Below, in pieces: positions 1 through 11,904 of a stretch of DNA of 64,000 nucleotides. Source of the DNA: Squalus acanthias (taxonomy: Eukaryota). How positions within the stretch are numbered: the first letter of the stretch is position 1; every line of letters starts with the position of its first letter. The notes below the pieces were generated by a model that saw nothing but the letters and a program-made list of their open reading frames with translations, ran no database searches and was not told the DNA's origin. The stretch lies in the NCBI GenBank assembly GCA_030390025.1, contig JASTWF010000048.1:1674001-1738000 (forward strand), read 5' to 3'. A program made the position numbers and the translations under genes.

Positions 1-169
1 GCGAGTTCAATGTTCTCGCCATTCTCTGAGCAAAGAAGTTTCTCCTGAATTCCCTATTTGGATTTATTAGTGACTATCTTATATTTATGACACCGAGCTT
101 TGGTCTTCCCCACATGTGGAAACATTTTCGATTCATCGATCCTATCGAAACACTTTCATTTGTTTTTGG

Positions 170-3100
170 TTTTTTTATTCGTTTTTATGAGATCATGGCG
201 TCGCTGGCAATACCAGCATTTATTGCCCATCCCTAGTTGCCCTTGCGATTGTGGTGGTGAGCCGCCTTCTTGAACCGCTGCAGTCCGTGTGGTGAAGGTA
301 CTCCCACAGTGCTGTTAGGGAGGGAGTTCCAGGATTTTGACCCAGCGACGATGAAGAATCGGCGTCATATTTCTAAGTCAGGATGGTGTGTGACTCGGAG
401 GGGAACTTAGAGGTGGTGGTGTTTACATGCGCCTGCTGCCCTTGTCCTTCCAAGTGGATGAGGTCGCGGGTTTGGTAGGTGCTGCCGAAGAAGCCTTGGC
501 GAGAAGCTGCAGTGCATCTTGTAGACGGTACACACTGCAGCCACGTTGCGCCGGTGGTGGAGGGAGTGAATGTTTAAGGTGGAGGATGGGGTGCCGATCA
601 AGCGGGGCTGCTTTGTCCTGGATGGTGTCGAGCTCCTTGAGTGTTGTTGGAGCTGCACTCATCCAGGCAAGTGGAGAGTATTCCATCACACTTCTTAATT
701 GTGCCTTGTAGATGTTGGAAAGACGTTGGGGAGTCAGGAGGTGAGACACTCACGGCAGAATACCAGCCTCTGACCTGCTCTTGTTGCCGCAGTATATATG
801 TGGCTGGTCCAGTTAAGGTTCTGGTTAATGGTTACACCCCAGGATGTTGATAGTGGGGTATTCGGCGATGGTAATGCCTTTAAATGTCAAGGGGAGGTGG
901 TTAGACTCTGGCTTGTTGGAGATAGTCATTGTCTGGCACTTCTGTTGCGCGAATGTTACCTGCCACTTATCATCGCAAGCCTGAACATCGTTCAGGTCTT
1001 GTTGCATGCAGGCATGGACTGCTTCATTATCTGAGGAGTTGGGAATGTCGCTGAACACTGTGCAGTCAGCAGCGAACATCCCCATTTCTTACCTTATGTT
1101 GGAGGGAAGGTCATTGATGAAGCAGCTGAAGATGGTTGGGCCTAGGACACTGACCTGAGGAACTCCTGCAGCGATGTCCTGGGGCTTTGATGATTGATCT
1201 TCAAACACCATAACCATCTTCCTTTGTGCTAGGTATGACTCCAGCCAGTGGAGAGTTTTCCCCCTGATTCCCATTGACTTCAGTTTTACTAGGGCTCCTT
1301 GATGCCACACTCGGTCAAATGCTGCCTTGATGCCAAGGGCAGTCACTCTCACCTCACATCTGGAATTCAGCTCCTTTGTCCATGTTTGGACAAAAGCTGT
1401 AATGTGGTCTGGAGACGAGTGGTCATTTTGCGAAACCCAAACCGGGCATCAGTGAGCAGGTTATTGCTGAGTGAGTGCTGCTTCATAGCACTGTCGATGA
1501 CACCTTCCATCACTTTGCTGATGATTGAGAGTAGAGTGATGGGGCGGTAATTGTCCGGGTTGGATTTGTCCTGCTTTTTCTGGACAGGACATACCTGGGC
1601 AGTATTCCAGATTGTCGGATAGAAACCAGTGTTGTAGCTGTACTGGAACAGCTTGGCTAGAGGCGCGGCTAGTTCTGGAGCACAAGTCTTCAGCACGATA
1701 GCCGGGACGCTGCCGGGGCCCATAGCCTTTACTGTATCCAGTTCGCTCAGCCGTGCCTTGATATCACGTGGAGTGAATTGAATTGGCTTCTGTGATGGTG
1801 GGGACCTCGGGAGTAGGCCGATATGAATCATCCACTCGTCCCTTCTGACTGAAGTTAGTTGCAACAACTTCAGCCTTATCTTTAGCCATCACGTGCTGGG
1901 CTCCGCCATCATTGAGGATGGGGATATTCATGGAGCCTCCTCCTCCCGTTAAATGTTTAATGGTCCACCACTATTCACGACTGGATGTGGCAGGACTGCA
2001 GAATTTTGATCTGATCCGTTGATTGTGGGATCGCTTAGCCCTGTGTTTAGCATGCTGCTTCCGCTTTTTAGCATGCAGGTCGTCCTGTGTTGCAGCCTTC
2101 CCAGGTTGGCACCTCATTTTTAGGTACGCCTGGTGCTGCTCCTGGTATGCTCTTCTACACTTTTTGTTGAACCAGGGTTGGTCCCCTGGCTTGGTGTAAT
2201 GGTAGAGTGAGGGATATGCCGAGCTCTGAGGTTACATATTGTGGTGGAATAAAATTCTGCTGCTGCTGATGGCCCACAGCGCCTCATGGATGCCCAGTTT
2301 TGAGCTGTTAGATCTGTTCTGAATCTATCCCATTTAGCACGGTGGTAGTGCCACACAACACGATGGAGGGTGTTCTCAGTGTGAAGACGGGACATCGTCT
2401 CCACAACGACTTTGCTGTGGTCACTGCTGCCAATGCTGTCATGGACAGATGCATCTGCGACAGGTGGGATTGGTGAGGACGAGGTCAAGTAGGTTTTTCC
2501 CTCTTGTCGGTTCACTCACCACCTGTCGCAGGCCCAGACTGGCAGCTATGTCCTTCAGGACTCGGCCAGATCGATCAGTAGTGGTGCTACCGAGCCACTC
2601 TTGGTGATGGACTTTGAAGTCCCCCACCCAGAGTACATGCTGTGCGCTTGCTACTCTCAGTGCTTCTTCCAAGTGGTGTTCAACATGGAGGATTACTGAT
2701 TCATCAGCTGAGGGAGGGTGGTAGTTGGTAATCAGCAGGAGGTTTGCTTGTCCATGCTTGACTTGAATCCATGGGACTTCATGGGGTCCGGAGTCAGTGT
2801 TGAGAACTCCCAGGGCCACTCCTTCCCGACTGTATACCACTCTGCCACCACCCCTTGTGGGACTGTCCTGTCGGTGAGACAGGACATACTCAGGGATGGT
2901 GATGGAGGAGTTCGGGACATTGGATGAAAGGTATGATTCTGTGAGTATGACTATGTCAGGCTGTTCTTTGACTAGTCTTTGGGACAGCTCTACCAATTTT
3001 GGCACAAGTCCCCAGATGTTGGTGTGGAGGGCTTTGCAGGGTTGTCTGGGCTGGGAGTGCTGTTGTCGTGTCCGTAGCCGGTGCCGAGGTAGATGCCTGG

Positions 3101-3350
3101 TGGTGCGTCCGGTTTCTATCTTATTATTGTGTTTCGTAGCGGTTAGTTACAACTGAGTGACTTGCTAAGCCATTTGAGAGGGCAGTTAAGAGTCAACCAC
3201 ATTGCTGTGTGTCTGGAGTCACATATAGGCCAGACCAGTTAAGGACGGCAGATTTCCTTCACTAAAGGACATTAGTGAACCAGATGGTTTTTTCCGACAA
3301 TCCGATAGTTTCATGGTTAGCATTACTGATACTAGCTTTTTATTCCACAG
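170..3350 (-). mobile_element. Degenerate near-full-length non-LTR retrotransposon (CR1/L2-group), APE endonuclease + RT
   Basis: Frameshifted minus-strand ORFs: 2439-3005 APE motifs (PDIVILTES, GGG, VGDF); 1367-1867 (GP..VP, NYRPITLL); 1089-1352 (AAFDRVWH, GVPQVSVLGP); 825-1085 (FAADC); 423-749 C-terminus. Boundaries approximate. Confidence 0.85.
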
Positions 3351-3943
3351 TTGAGGACACCGTCAGGCGGCAGGAGTCACAGTAACAAACATATCTGAAG
3401 ATGCGGCTCGCTTATGCAAAGTGTGAACCATCGGTGAGGGTTAGCATTATCTGTTTCCCAATTGTATAGGGTGTTTTCGTTAGAGCAGAGAATGTTAGGT
3501 GGAGATTTAATAGAAACAGTAAAAATGATGAAGAATGTTGATATAGAGTTAATAAGGAGAAAATGTTTCCAGTGGCAGAAGGTTCGGTAACCAGAGGTCA
3601 CAGATTAAGACAATTGGAAAAAGAACCAGAGGGCGAGATAAGTAGAATTATTTTACTCAGCAAGTTATGTTATGCAATGCACTGCTTGGAAGTGTGGTGG
3701 AAGCAGATTCAACAGAGAGAGCGTTGATAGTTCCTTCACAGAGCCGGCACAGACTGGAAATTTGTACACATATCAATTTNNNNNNNNNNNNNNNNNNNNN
3801 NNNNNNNNNNNNNNNNNNNNNNNNNNNNNNNNNNNNNNNNNNNNNNNNNNNNNNNNNNNNNNNNNNNNNNNNNNNNNNNNNNNNNNNNNNNNNNNNNNNN
3901 NNNNNNNNNNNNNNNNNNNNNNNNNNNNNNNNNNNNNNNNNNN

Positions 3944-4390
3944 ATAGATAGAGAGAGGGAAAGAGAGATATAGCTAGATAGATAGATAGATAGCCAGATA
4001 GATAGATATATAGATAGATAGACCGATAGTTAGTTAGATAGATAGAGAGATAAATAATAGATAGACCGATAGATAGATAGATAGATCGTTAGATAGATAG
4101 ATAGCCTCTCACCTCTCTCTACCACTGTCTCACTGCATTTCTCTGCGTCTCTCTGCCTCTCTCTCTGCCCATATCTCCCCGCTCTCACTATCTCCCTCCC
4201 CTTGCTCTCTCTCTCCCCTTATCTCTCGCTCCTTCTCACACTATTTCCCTCTCCCAGTATTTTTTCTCACCCTCTCTCCCTCTCCATTTCTCCCCTCTCG
4301 CAATCTCTCTCACTCTCCTCTCTCTCTCTCTTTCCCTTTCTCTCCTCTCTCACTCTCCCTCTCCTTCTCCATCTTTCCGTCACTCTCCAC
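3944..4390. repeat. (GATA)n microsatellite followed by CT-rich low-complexity tract
   Basis: Directly visible after the N-run. Confidence 0.9.
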
Positions 4391-4442
4391 CTACTAATTA
4401 AGTGAATGGGAAAATATCCATTCACATCGGTTTCATTTACAG

Positions 4443-4732
4443 GAGCGCCAAGCGAAACACTTATCCAAAGGCCCAGATTTCTCACCGGTTTCCAATCGGG
4501 CTCGGTGATTGTGACACGTTTTGTACCCAAAGACCATCACAGAACCTATTGGTATCGACAGGCTCCAAACCTGGTCTGGGAGCTCCTGATCTACGCGTAT
4601 CGGATGGACATCCCCGAGATATCCGAGGGGTTGAAAGGGCGAGTGCATGCGTTCAGGGGAACGGACGATTCCTACCACCTCAACCTGACCAAACTGCAGC
4701 CCAGTGAAACAGTTGTGTGTTACTGCGCTAGC
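4443..4732 (+). pseudogene. TRBV: Inverted TCR V pseudogene (CAS-type), no RSS
   Basis: Acceptor tttcatttacAG ends at 4442. Translation ..YWYRQAP..LLIY..RV..YHLNLTKLQPSETVVCYCAS; first Cys is Arg (cgt); no heptamer/nonamer follows; no leader found. Confidence 0.8.
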
Positions 4733-4793
4733 ATTCTCTACTGCATCTAAATTAAACTTACTTTGCACCTTCTCCGGTGTATTTAAATCTAAT

Positions 4794-5534
4794 GGCCCAA
4801 AAATTAGTGAGGGAGCCTTCGTGCGAAGGTAAGGCTTCCCCGCGGTCTCTCACTGCACGCTGGCTTTTTCATTCCCAGCTCGCACAAACTTGATGTTCTG
4901 GACAGCAGCTGTGCAGGGCTTCCGTATCCCACAGGCGCAGTTAATTCGTGCGAGCTGTGGGATCACGTGACTCAGTTAGAGCCAATGGCAGCACACCATC
5001 TTTCATTCATAGCTTTCACATCAAGTGCTGTGAAAGTTATGAATCTATACCCCCCAAAAGAACAGCTAAACCTCAATTATTTTTTTTTAAAACCATCACG
5101 TTAATAAAATAAGTATAGTTAATTAAATTAACCATTTTAAACAAAAAATTACATTTTTGAAAAAATTTAAAATCTTTTAAAAAGTTATAAAAATAAACTT
5201 ACCTTTCTTTAAAGTCTGTAAAAAAGATATACCTGTTGAAATACATTCAAAATAATAATGAATTAACTACTTAACTTGTTAAAAGAGGGTCTTACGCCTC
5301 CTTTCTTTTGGTGCAAAATCTTCCATACTTACCTGCGCGTTCAAAGCACTGAGTGCACTGCGTGCGCGCAGCCTGTAGCGCGCACGCGGTTCACCTAGGA
5401 ACCGCCCCCTTTCGAAATCACCAAGTGCCGGTTTTCAGCGCATGCGCAGTGCATGCAGAAAACCGGCAATTGGAGATAGAATACGCGAGAGTACACAGTG
5501 CGTACTCTCGCGTAGCAACACTAATTTTCGGGCC
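4794..5534. mobile_element. Non-autonomous DNA transposon (MITE), probably PIF/Harbinger
   Basis: TIRs GGCCCAAAAATTAGTG (4794) / CACTAATTTTCGGGCC (ends 5534); 3-bp TSD AAT at 4791-4793 and 5535-5537; paralogous empty sites read tctAATctctc (e.g. ~34835, ~38637). Confidence 0.8.
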
Positions 5535-5627
5535 AATCTCTCACGATTCGTTTGACGCGCTTCTAAAACACGTTCGCTCTGTAAAAAAAAACATTACAGG
5601 ACGAAGCACCGCGCGATTTTAACTCAA

Positions 5628-7203
5628 ATGGTCTGCATCCCAGAGTACTTAAGGAGGTGGCCTTGGAAATAGTGGATGCATTGACGATCATTTTCCAACA
5701 TTCCTTAGACTCTGGATCAGTTCCGATGGAGTGGAGGGTGGCCAATGTAACCCCTCTTTTTAAAAAAGGAGGGAGGGAGAAAGCAGGGAATTATAGACCG
5801 GTCAGCCTGACATCGGTCGTGGGTAAAATGATGGAAGCAATTATTAAAGATGTCATAACAGACCATTTGGAAAGTGGCGACATGATAGGTCCAAGTCAGC
5901 ATGGATTTGTGAAAGGGAAATCATGCTTGACAAATCTTCTGGAATTTTTTGAGGATGTTTCCAATAGGGTGGACAGGGGGGAACCAGTAGATGTGGTGTA
6001 TTTGGACTTTCAGAAGGCCTTCGACAAGGTCCCACACAAGAGATTGGTGAGCAAAGTTAAAGCACATGGGATTGGGGGTAATGTGTTGACGTGGATTGAG
6101 AACTGGTTGGCACACAGGAAACAAAGAGTAGGAGTAAATGGGTACTTTTCAGAATGGCAGGCAGTGACCAGCGGGGTACCGCAGGGTTCGGTGCTGGGAC
6201 CCCAGCTGTTTACATTATATATTAATGATTTGGACGAAGGGATTAAATGTAATATCTCCAAATTTGCGGATGACACTAAATTGGGAGGCAGTGTGAACAA
6301 TGAGGAGGATGCTAGGAGGCTACAGAGTGACTTGGACAGGTTGGGTGAATGGGCAAATGTATGGCAGATGAAGTACAATGTGGATAAATGTGAGGTTATC
6401 CACTTTGGTGGTAAAAATAGAGAGGCGGACTATTACCTGAATGGTGGCAGATTAGGGAAAGGGGACGTGCAACGAGACCTGGGCGTCATGGTACATCAGT
6501 CACTGAAGGTGGGAATGCAAGTGCAGCAGGCAGTCAAGAAAGCAAACGGAATGATGGCCTTCATAGCAAGGGGATTTGAGTACAGGAGTAGGGAGGTGAT
6601 GCTACAGTTGTACAGGGCCTTGGTGAGGCCACACCTGGAGTATTGTGCGCAGTTTTGGTCTCCTAACTTAAGGAAGGACATTCTTGCTATTGAGGGAGTG
6701 CAGCGAAGGTTCACTAGATTGATTCCTGGGATGGCCGGACTGACATATCAAGAAAGATTGGGTCAACTGAACTTGTATCCTCTGGAGTTCAGAAGAATGA
6801 GGGGGGATCTTATAGAGACATTTAAAATCCTGACTGGTTTAGACAAATTAGATGCGGGCAGAATGTTCCCAATGGTAGGGAAAACTAGAACCAGGGGTCA
6901 CAGTCTAAGGATTAAGGGGAAGCCATTTAGGACTGAGCTGAGGAGGAACTTCTTCACCCAGAGAGTGGTGAATCTATGGAATTCTCTTCCACAGAAGGTT
7001 GTTGAGGCCAGTTCGCTAAATATATTCAAAAGGGAGTTAGATATAACACTCACAACTAAGGGGATCAAGGGGTATGGCGAGAAAGCAGGAATGGGGTACT
7101 GAGGTAGCATGTTCAGCCATGAACGCATTGAATGGCGGTGCAGGCTCGAAGGACCGAATGGTTTACTCCTGTACCTATTTTCTATGTTTCTATGTTTCTA
7201 TGT
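5628..7203 (+). mobile_element. Young 5'-truncated CR1 LINE with uninterrupted RT region (ORF 5657-7102)
   Basis: 481-aa ORF with YLDFQKAFDKV, GVPQGSVLGP, FADD, LVRPHLEYC; 3' (tttctatg)n tail. Confidence 0.95.
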
Positions 7204-7218
7204 TTCCTGCCGCTTTGG

Positions 7219-7257
7219 GGTTTTTGTTGAGCTCATCCATCTCTCTGAGTCAATGTG
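7219..7257 (-). other. 23-RSS (CACATTG-23-ACAAAAACC)
   Basis: Counted 23-nt spacer; variant heptamer. Confidence 0.9.
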
Positions 7258-7854
7258 AAGACGCCAGGCGCAGTAATACACGGCCGAGTGATTCGCCTGC
7301 AGGCTGGTGGACCTCAGGGTGAACGCGTTGCCATTCGGTCGCTCGGCGGTAAAACCAGCCCCCGTCCCCTCTGCAGTTACAATTTGTACAGTTCGGGAGA
7401 TAAACATCAAATGCGGATCCTTCCCCGGATATTGTCTGTACCAGTACATGTTCGGGGTACTTGCTCCCTTCACAATGCATTTCAGATCCACTCCATCCCC
7501 GGGAAATCTGGAGACAGCGGCGGGAGTCTGGCGGATAGTCTGCGACTTCACATCTGGGAAAGAGACAGGGAGAGGAGGAGGTCAGTAAACAGGGNNNNNN
7601 NNNNNNNNNNNNNNNNNNNNNNNNNNNNNNNNNNNNNNNNNNNNNNNNNNNNNNNNNNNNNNNNNNNNNNNNNNNNNNNNNNNNNNNNNNNNNNNNNNNN
7701 NNNNNNNNNNNNNNNNNNNNNNNNNNNNNNNNNNNNNNNNNNNNNNNNNNNNNNNNNNNNNNNNNNNNNNNNNNNNNNNNNNNNNAACAAGAATTATTTT
7801 TTGAAATAATCCCTGACCGTGAAACAAGATAATTACACCCAGTAACAGATATAT
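7258..7854 (-). pseudogene. TRBV: TRBV family F1; V exon open (7258-7553) but leader (7818-7854) starts ATA
   Basis: V: SQTIRQ..LKC..WYRQ..HSAVYYCAWR. Paralogs start ATG TAT CTG, here ATA TAT CTG; upstream ATG at 7882 is out of frame. Confidence 0.8.
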
Positions 7855-8229
7855 TTTTTGCTGGAATTTTTTCCCTTATCATGAAAGGAGCTAGAACAGG
7901 AGACTTGTGTCTTGTGTGGATCCAACCCGCTCTGTTCAGATCACTGAGGAAAACATGAAGAGCGTGATGAAGTGATGCAGCTTTGGACAGCCCCGCCTCT
8001 TCCTCTCTGATTGGTAGCCCAGCTACTCCCTCTCTAATTAGAGAAGACAGGAGCTGAAAGTTGCAATGCAGACATATACGGATCAATTGAATGAACACAA
8101 CAGAGGAAGATGGAGCTTAATGTGGGCAATGTGAGATCATCCACTGCCAAACGAAAAAAGAGAGATCAGAAAATGTACCAAATGATGAAAAACTGGGAAC
8201 TGTGGAGGTGCAAAGGGACTTAGGTTTCA

Positions 8230-9424
8230 TAGAAACATAGAAACATAGAAAATAGGTACAGGAGTAGACCATTCGGTCCTTCGAGCCTGCACCGCCATTC
8301 AATGCGTTCATGGCTGAACATGCTACCTCAGTACCCCATTCCTGCTTTCTCGCCATACCCCTTGATCCCCTTAGTTGTGAGTGTTATATCTAACTCCCTT
8401 TTGAATATATTTAGCGAACTGGCCTCAACAACCTTCTGTGGAAGAGAATTCCATAGATTCACCACTCTCTGGGTGAAGAAGTTCCTCCTCAGCTCAGTCC
8501 TAAATGGCTTCCCCTTAATCCTTAGACTGTGACCCCTGGTTCTAGTTTTCCCTACCATTGGGAACATTCTGCCCGCATCTAATTTGTCTAAACCAGTCAG
8601 GATTTTAAATGTCTCTATAAGATCCCCCCTCATTCTTCTGAACTCCAGAGGATACAAGTTCAGTTGACCCAATCTTTCTTGATATGTCAGTCCGGCCATC
8701 CCAGGAATCAATCTAGTGAACCTTCGCTGCACTCCCTCAATAGCAAGAATGTCCTTCCTTAAGTTAGGAGACCAAAACTGCGCACAATACTCCAGGTGTG
8801 GCCTCACCAAGGCCCTGTACAACTGTAGCATCACCTCCCTACTCCTGTACTCAAATCCCCTTGCTATGAAGGCCATCATTCCGTTTGCTTTCTTGACTGC
8901 CTGCTGCACTTGCATTCCCACCTTCAGTGACTGATGTACCATGACGCCCAGGTCTCGTTGCACGTCCCCTTTCCCTAATCTGCCACCATTCAGGTAATAG
9001 TCCGCCTCTCTATTTTTACCACCAAAGTGGATAACCTCACATTTATCCACATTGTACTTCATCTGCCATATATTTGCCCATTCACCCAACCTATCCAAGT
9101 CACTCTGTAGCCTCCTAGCATCTTCCTCATTGTTCACACTGCCTCCCAATTTAGTGTCATCCGCAAATTTGGAGATATTACATTTAATCCCTTCGTCCAA
9201 ATCATTAATATATAATGTAAACAGCTGGGGTCCCAGCACCGAACCCTGCGGTACCCCGCTGGTCACTGCCTGCCATTCTGAAAAGTACCCATTTACTCCT
9301 ACTCTTTGTTTCCTGTGTGCCAACCAGTTCTCAATCCACGTCAACACATTACCCCCAATCCCATGTGCTTTAACTTTGCTCACCAATCTCTTGTGTGGGA
9401 CCTTGTCGAAGGCCTTCTGAAAGT
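8230..9424 (-). mobile_element. Young 5'-truncated CR1 LINE, near-identical to 5628-7203
   Basis: ORF 8328-9386 matches the + copy almost residue for residue; (catagaaa)n tail; apparent TSD GTTTCA at 8224-8229 and 9423-9428; inserted in an older CR1 fragment. Confidence 0.95.
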
Positions 9425-10545
9425 TTCAAGCTTCAGAAATCAATTAACGCTGTTAGACAGGTACAAAAATCAAAAAGGCTAAAGGAATGTTGGCCTTTAT
9501 CTCAAGGGTGTTGGGATACAGAGGAGCGAAAGTTATGCTTCAGTTGTACTGAGTCCTGGTCAGACTCCATCTGGAACAGGACGATCAGTTCTGGGCAACA
9601 CACATCAGGAAAGAGATATTGGCCTTGGAGGGAGTGCAGCGAAGATTCACCAGAATTATACCGGGGCTTAGAGGGTTTATTATGAGGACAGGTTACATAG
9701 ACTAGGCTTGTATTCCACTGATTATAGAAGATTGAGCAGTGATCCTACTGAGGTGTTTAAAATGTTAAAAGTATTGGAGACTGTAGATAGAGAGAAGGTA
9801 TTCCCTCTGGTGAGGGACAGTCCAGAACTTGGGGCCATCAGCTGAGCATTAAAGCGAGGCCGATCAGGGGTCTTGTCTGGAAGCACTTCTTGACACAAAG
9901 AGTCGTTGGAATCTGGCATTCTCTCGCCCAATTGGCTGTTGAGGCTAGAGATCAATTCGAGATTTCGAAACATAGATTTTTGATCGGTAAGTGTATCATG
10001 GGTTACGGAAGCAGCTGGAGTTTTGGTTCCGATGCTGAACATCACACTATCGGAAATATATCAATCCTTTAGAGAGGGTGCAGAGGAGATTTAATAAATG
10101 GTACCAGGGACGAGGGTCTCCAGTTACATTGAGAGACTAGAGAAGATGGGATTGTTCTCCTTAGGGCATGTACGAATAAGGGGGGATTTAATGGAAGTGT
10201 TCAAAATCATGAAGGGTTTTGCTAAAGTAAATCAGGAGAAACTGTTTCCAGTAGCATGAGCTTCGGTAACCAGTGGGCACAAATTTAAGGACCAGATAGG
10301 GTATGATGACTTCTTATTGTACAGCGTGTTGTTATGGTTTGGAATGCACTGCCCGAATGGGTGGAGGAAGCAGATTCAATAATAACTTTCCAAAGGCAAT
10401 TGGTTACAAACTTGAACCGGGACGGTTACTGGGCTGTGGAGCAAAGGCACGGGAATAGGACTAATTGGATAGCTCTATGAAAGCCCCAGTACAGGCACGT
10501 GGGGCAGAATGACCTCCTTCCGTTCTGTACAATTTTATGATTCTA
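9425..10545 (+). mobile_element. Old degenerate CR1 fragments
   Basis: Decayed RT C-terminus and 3'UTR similarity to the young CR1; paralogs at ~16790-18060, 47340-48615, 54830-56105. Confidence 0.75.
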
Positions 10546-10585
10546 TGAGATGGTGGCAGAGTAGTTGCACCGAAATAAAATCTAG

Positions 10586-10604
10586 TGCTGCCACCTGGTG
10601 GCGG
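10586..10604 (-). promoter_or_regulatory. CTCF motif, F2 type
   Basis: Minus strand CCGCCACCAGGTGGCAGCA, 27 bp beyond the nonamer. Confidence 0.7.
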
Positions 10605-10631
10605 ATAATAAACTCCCATTCATCCGCTGCA

Positions 10632-10670
10632 GGTTTTTGTAGCTGAGGAGCCGCTTTCTCAAACGCTGTG
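10632..10670 (-). other. 23-RSS (CACAGCG-23-ACAAAAACC)
   Basis: Counted. Confidence 0.95.
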
Positions 10671-11585
10671 CGGTACTACAAGCACAGTAATAGACAGCGC
10701 TGTGAGAGGGAGAGGCGGCGCTCAGTTCCAACGTAAACAGCGTAGTTCTTCTTCTTTCTGCCTTAAAAGACTCGGCCGTGTAGCTCGTAACAGCATCTGT
10801 TCCAGCAGAAAAGAAAAGAGCTTCTAGTGCCCGGTCGGGTTGTTGTCTGTACCAGAACATGTTGGGATAAGCAGTATTCGTCAGCGTGCATCTGAGCGTG
10901 GTCGACTGTCCTGCTCCAATCGATAGGACAGAAGGCGACTGCTCCACGTACGAGGCGAGTATTTCTGTCGAATGCAACATCGATTAATTTCTTATTTTTG
11001 TCAATAATTGGTTAGGGCGCACACTACAGAGAACAATAACTCCCATTCGTAAAGCGCCACTCACGGCCTCAGAAAGTCACAACGCTGTTTACAACAAATG
11101 AAAGACAGATTAAAGTGTAGTCATCGTTGTAGTGTAGGAAAGGAGCCAGCCAATTTGTGCTCAGCAATCTCCCACAAATTGCATTGAAGTAAATCAGCAA
11201 TATATCTGGGTTTTGGTGCTTGTTGTGGGATTAATGCTGGCCTAGGACACCGGCGACAACTTCGCTGCTCTTCTTCCAACAGTGCAATGGGATAATTGAC
11301 GTCCACCTGAGCTCGTTTTAAGGCCTTATCTGAAAGACGGAACCTCCGAAAGTGCAGCACTCCCTCAGTGCTGGTCTCGGGAGTGCCAGCATAGATTTCC
11401 TTCTCAAGTCTCAGGAATAATACTCCAATGCAAATCCTCTGATTCGGAGGCAAGGTTTCTAACAGCTGAACAAGAGCTGACATTATAATACATTATTCTA
11501 CAAAGACCTCTGCATAAATTTGTTACTTTGACTTACGTGGGATCAGTATCAGCATCAACGTTAGATAATGAGCTTCATGAAACAT
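10671..11585 (-). CDS. TRBV: TRBV family F2, intact: leader 11537-11585, V exon 10671-10964
   Basis: Leader MFHEAHYLTLMLILIP + GTAAGT donor, phase 1; V with LRC, WYRQ, YYCACS. Confidence 0.9.
11035..11483 (-). mobile_element. tRNA-derived DeuSINE-like (SacSINE1-like) element in F2 intron
   Basis: tRNA-like head and a Deu-domain-like core (..gaagaagagcag..gtgtcctagg..) recognised from memory; copies in all six F2 introns. Confidence 0.7.
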
Positions 11586-11705
11586 GATTTATTTATTCGA
11601 CACTGCCTCGCTGTGTGATTGAGTGTAGCTCAATACCACGTTTGAAGGCAGTTTGTCTGTTGGATCTGATTAAATACGAAGCGTCCGGTTGTAATTGTTA
11701 CTCCC

Positions 11706-11716
11706 ACGTCACTTCC
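11706..11716 (-). promoter_or_regulatory. F2 promoter ETS/CRE composite (GGAAGTGACGT), TRBV decamer-like
   Basis: ~120 bp upstream of ATG; also at 29755, 42952, 49788 (GGAAGTGATGT), with variants at ~19235 and ~57275. Confidence 0.6.
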
Positions 11717-11904
11717 TGCATAACCCCCGCTCCTTCCCATTCCTTTGGTAGTTCAGCAACTTCAATGAACCGTACAGCACGGAAGGTTAAGGAGAGAAGG
11801 AATAGGTGTGTTCAAAATCATGAACGGTTTAGAGAGAGTTAATACGGTGAAACTATATCCACTAGCAATATGTTAGATAACTAGAGCACACAGACTTAAG
11901 ATAA

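Noticed and set aside
5657-7102. Intact RT ORFs next to variable genes as a dedicated diversification system (DGR/retron-like)
   Set aside because: They are ordinary 5'-truncated CR1 ORF2 fragments with CR1 tails, lack the endonuclease and a promoter, and are absent from the paralogous block.
10965-10980. ORF-track starts (MLHSTE.., MNSQ..) as true N-termini
   Set aside because: They are alternative start codons in the intron or V exon; the real starts are in separate leader exons.
11400-11483. tRNA gene
   Set aside because: Decayed tRNA-derived SINE head, not a foldable tRNA.
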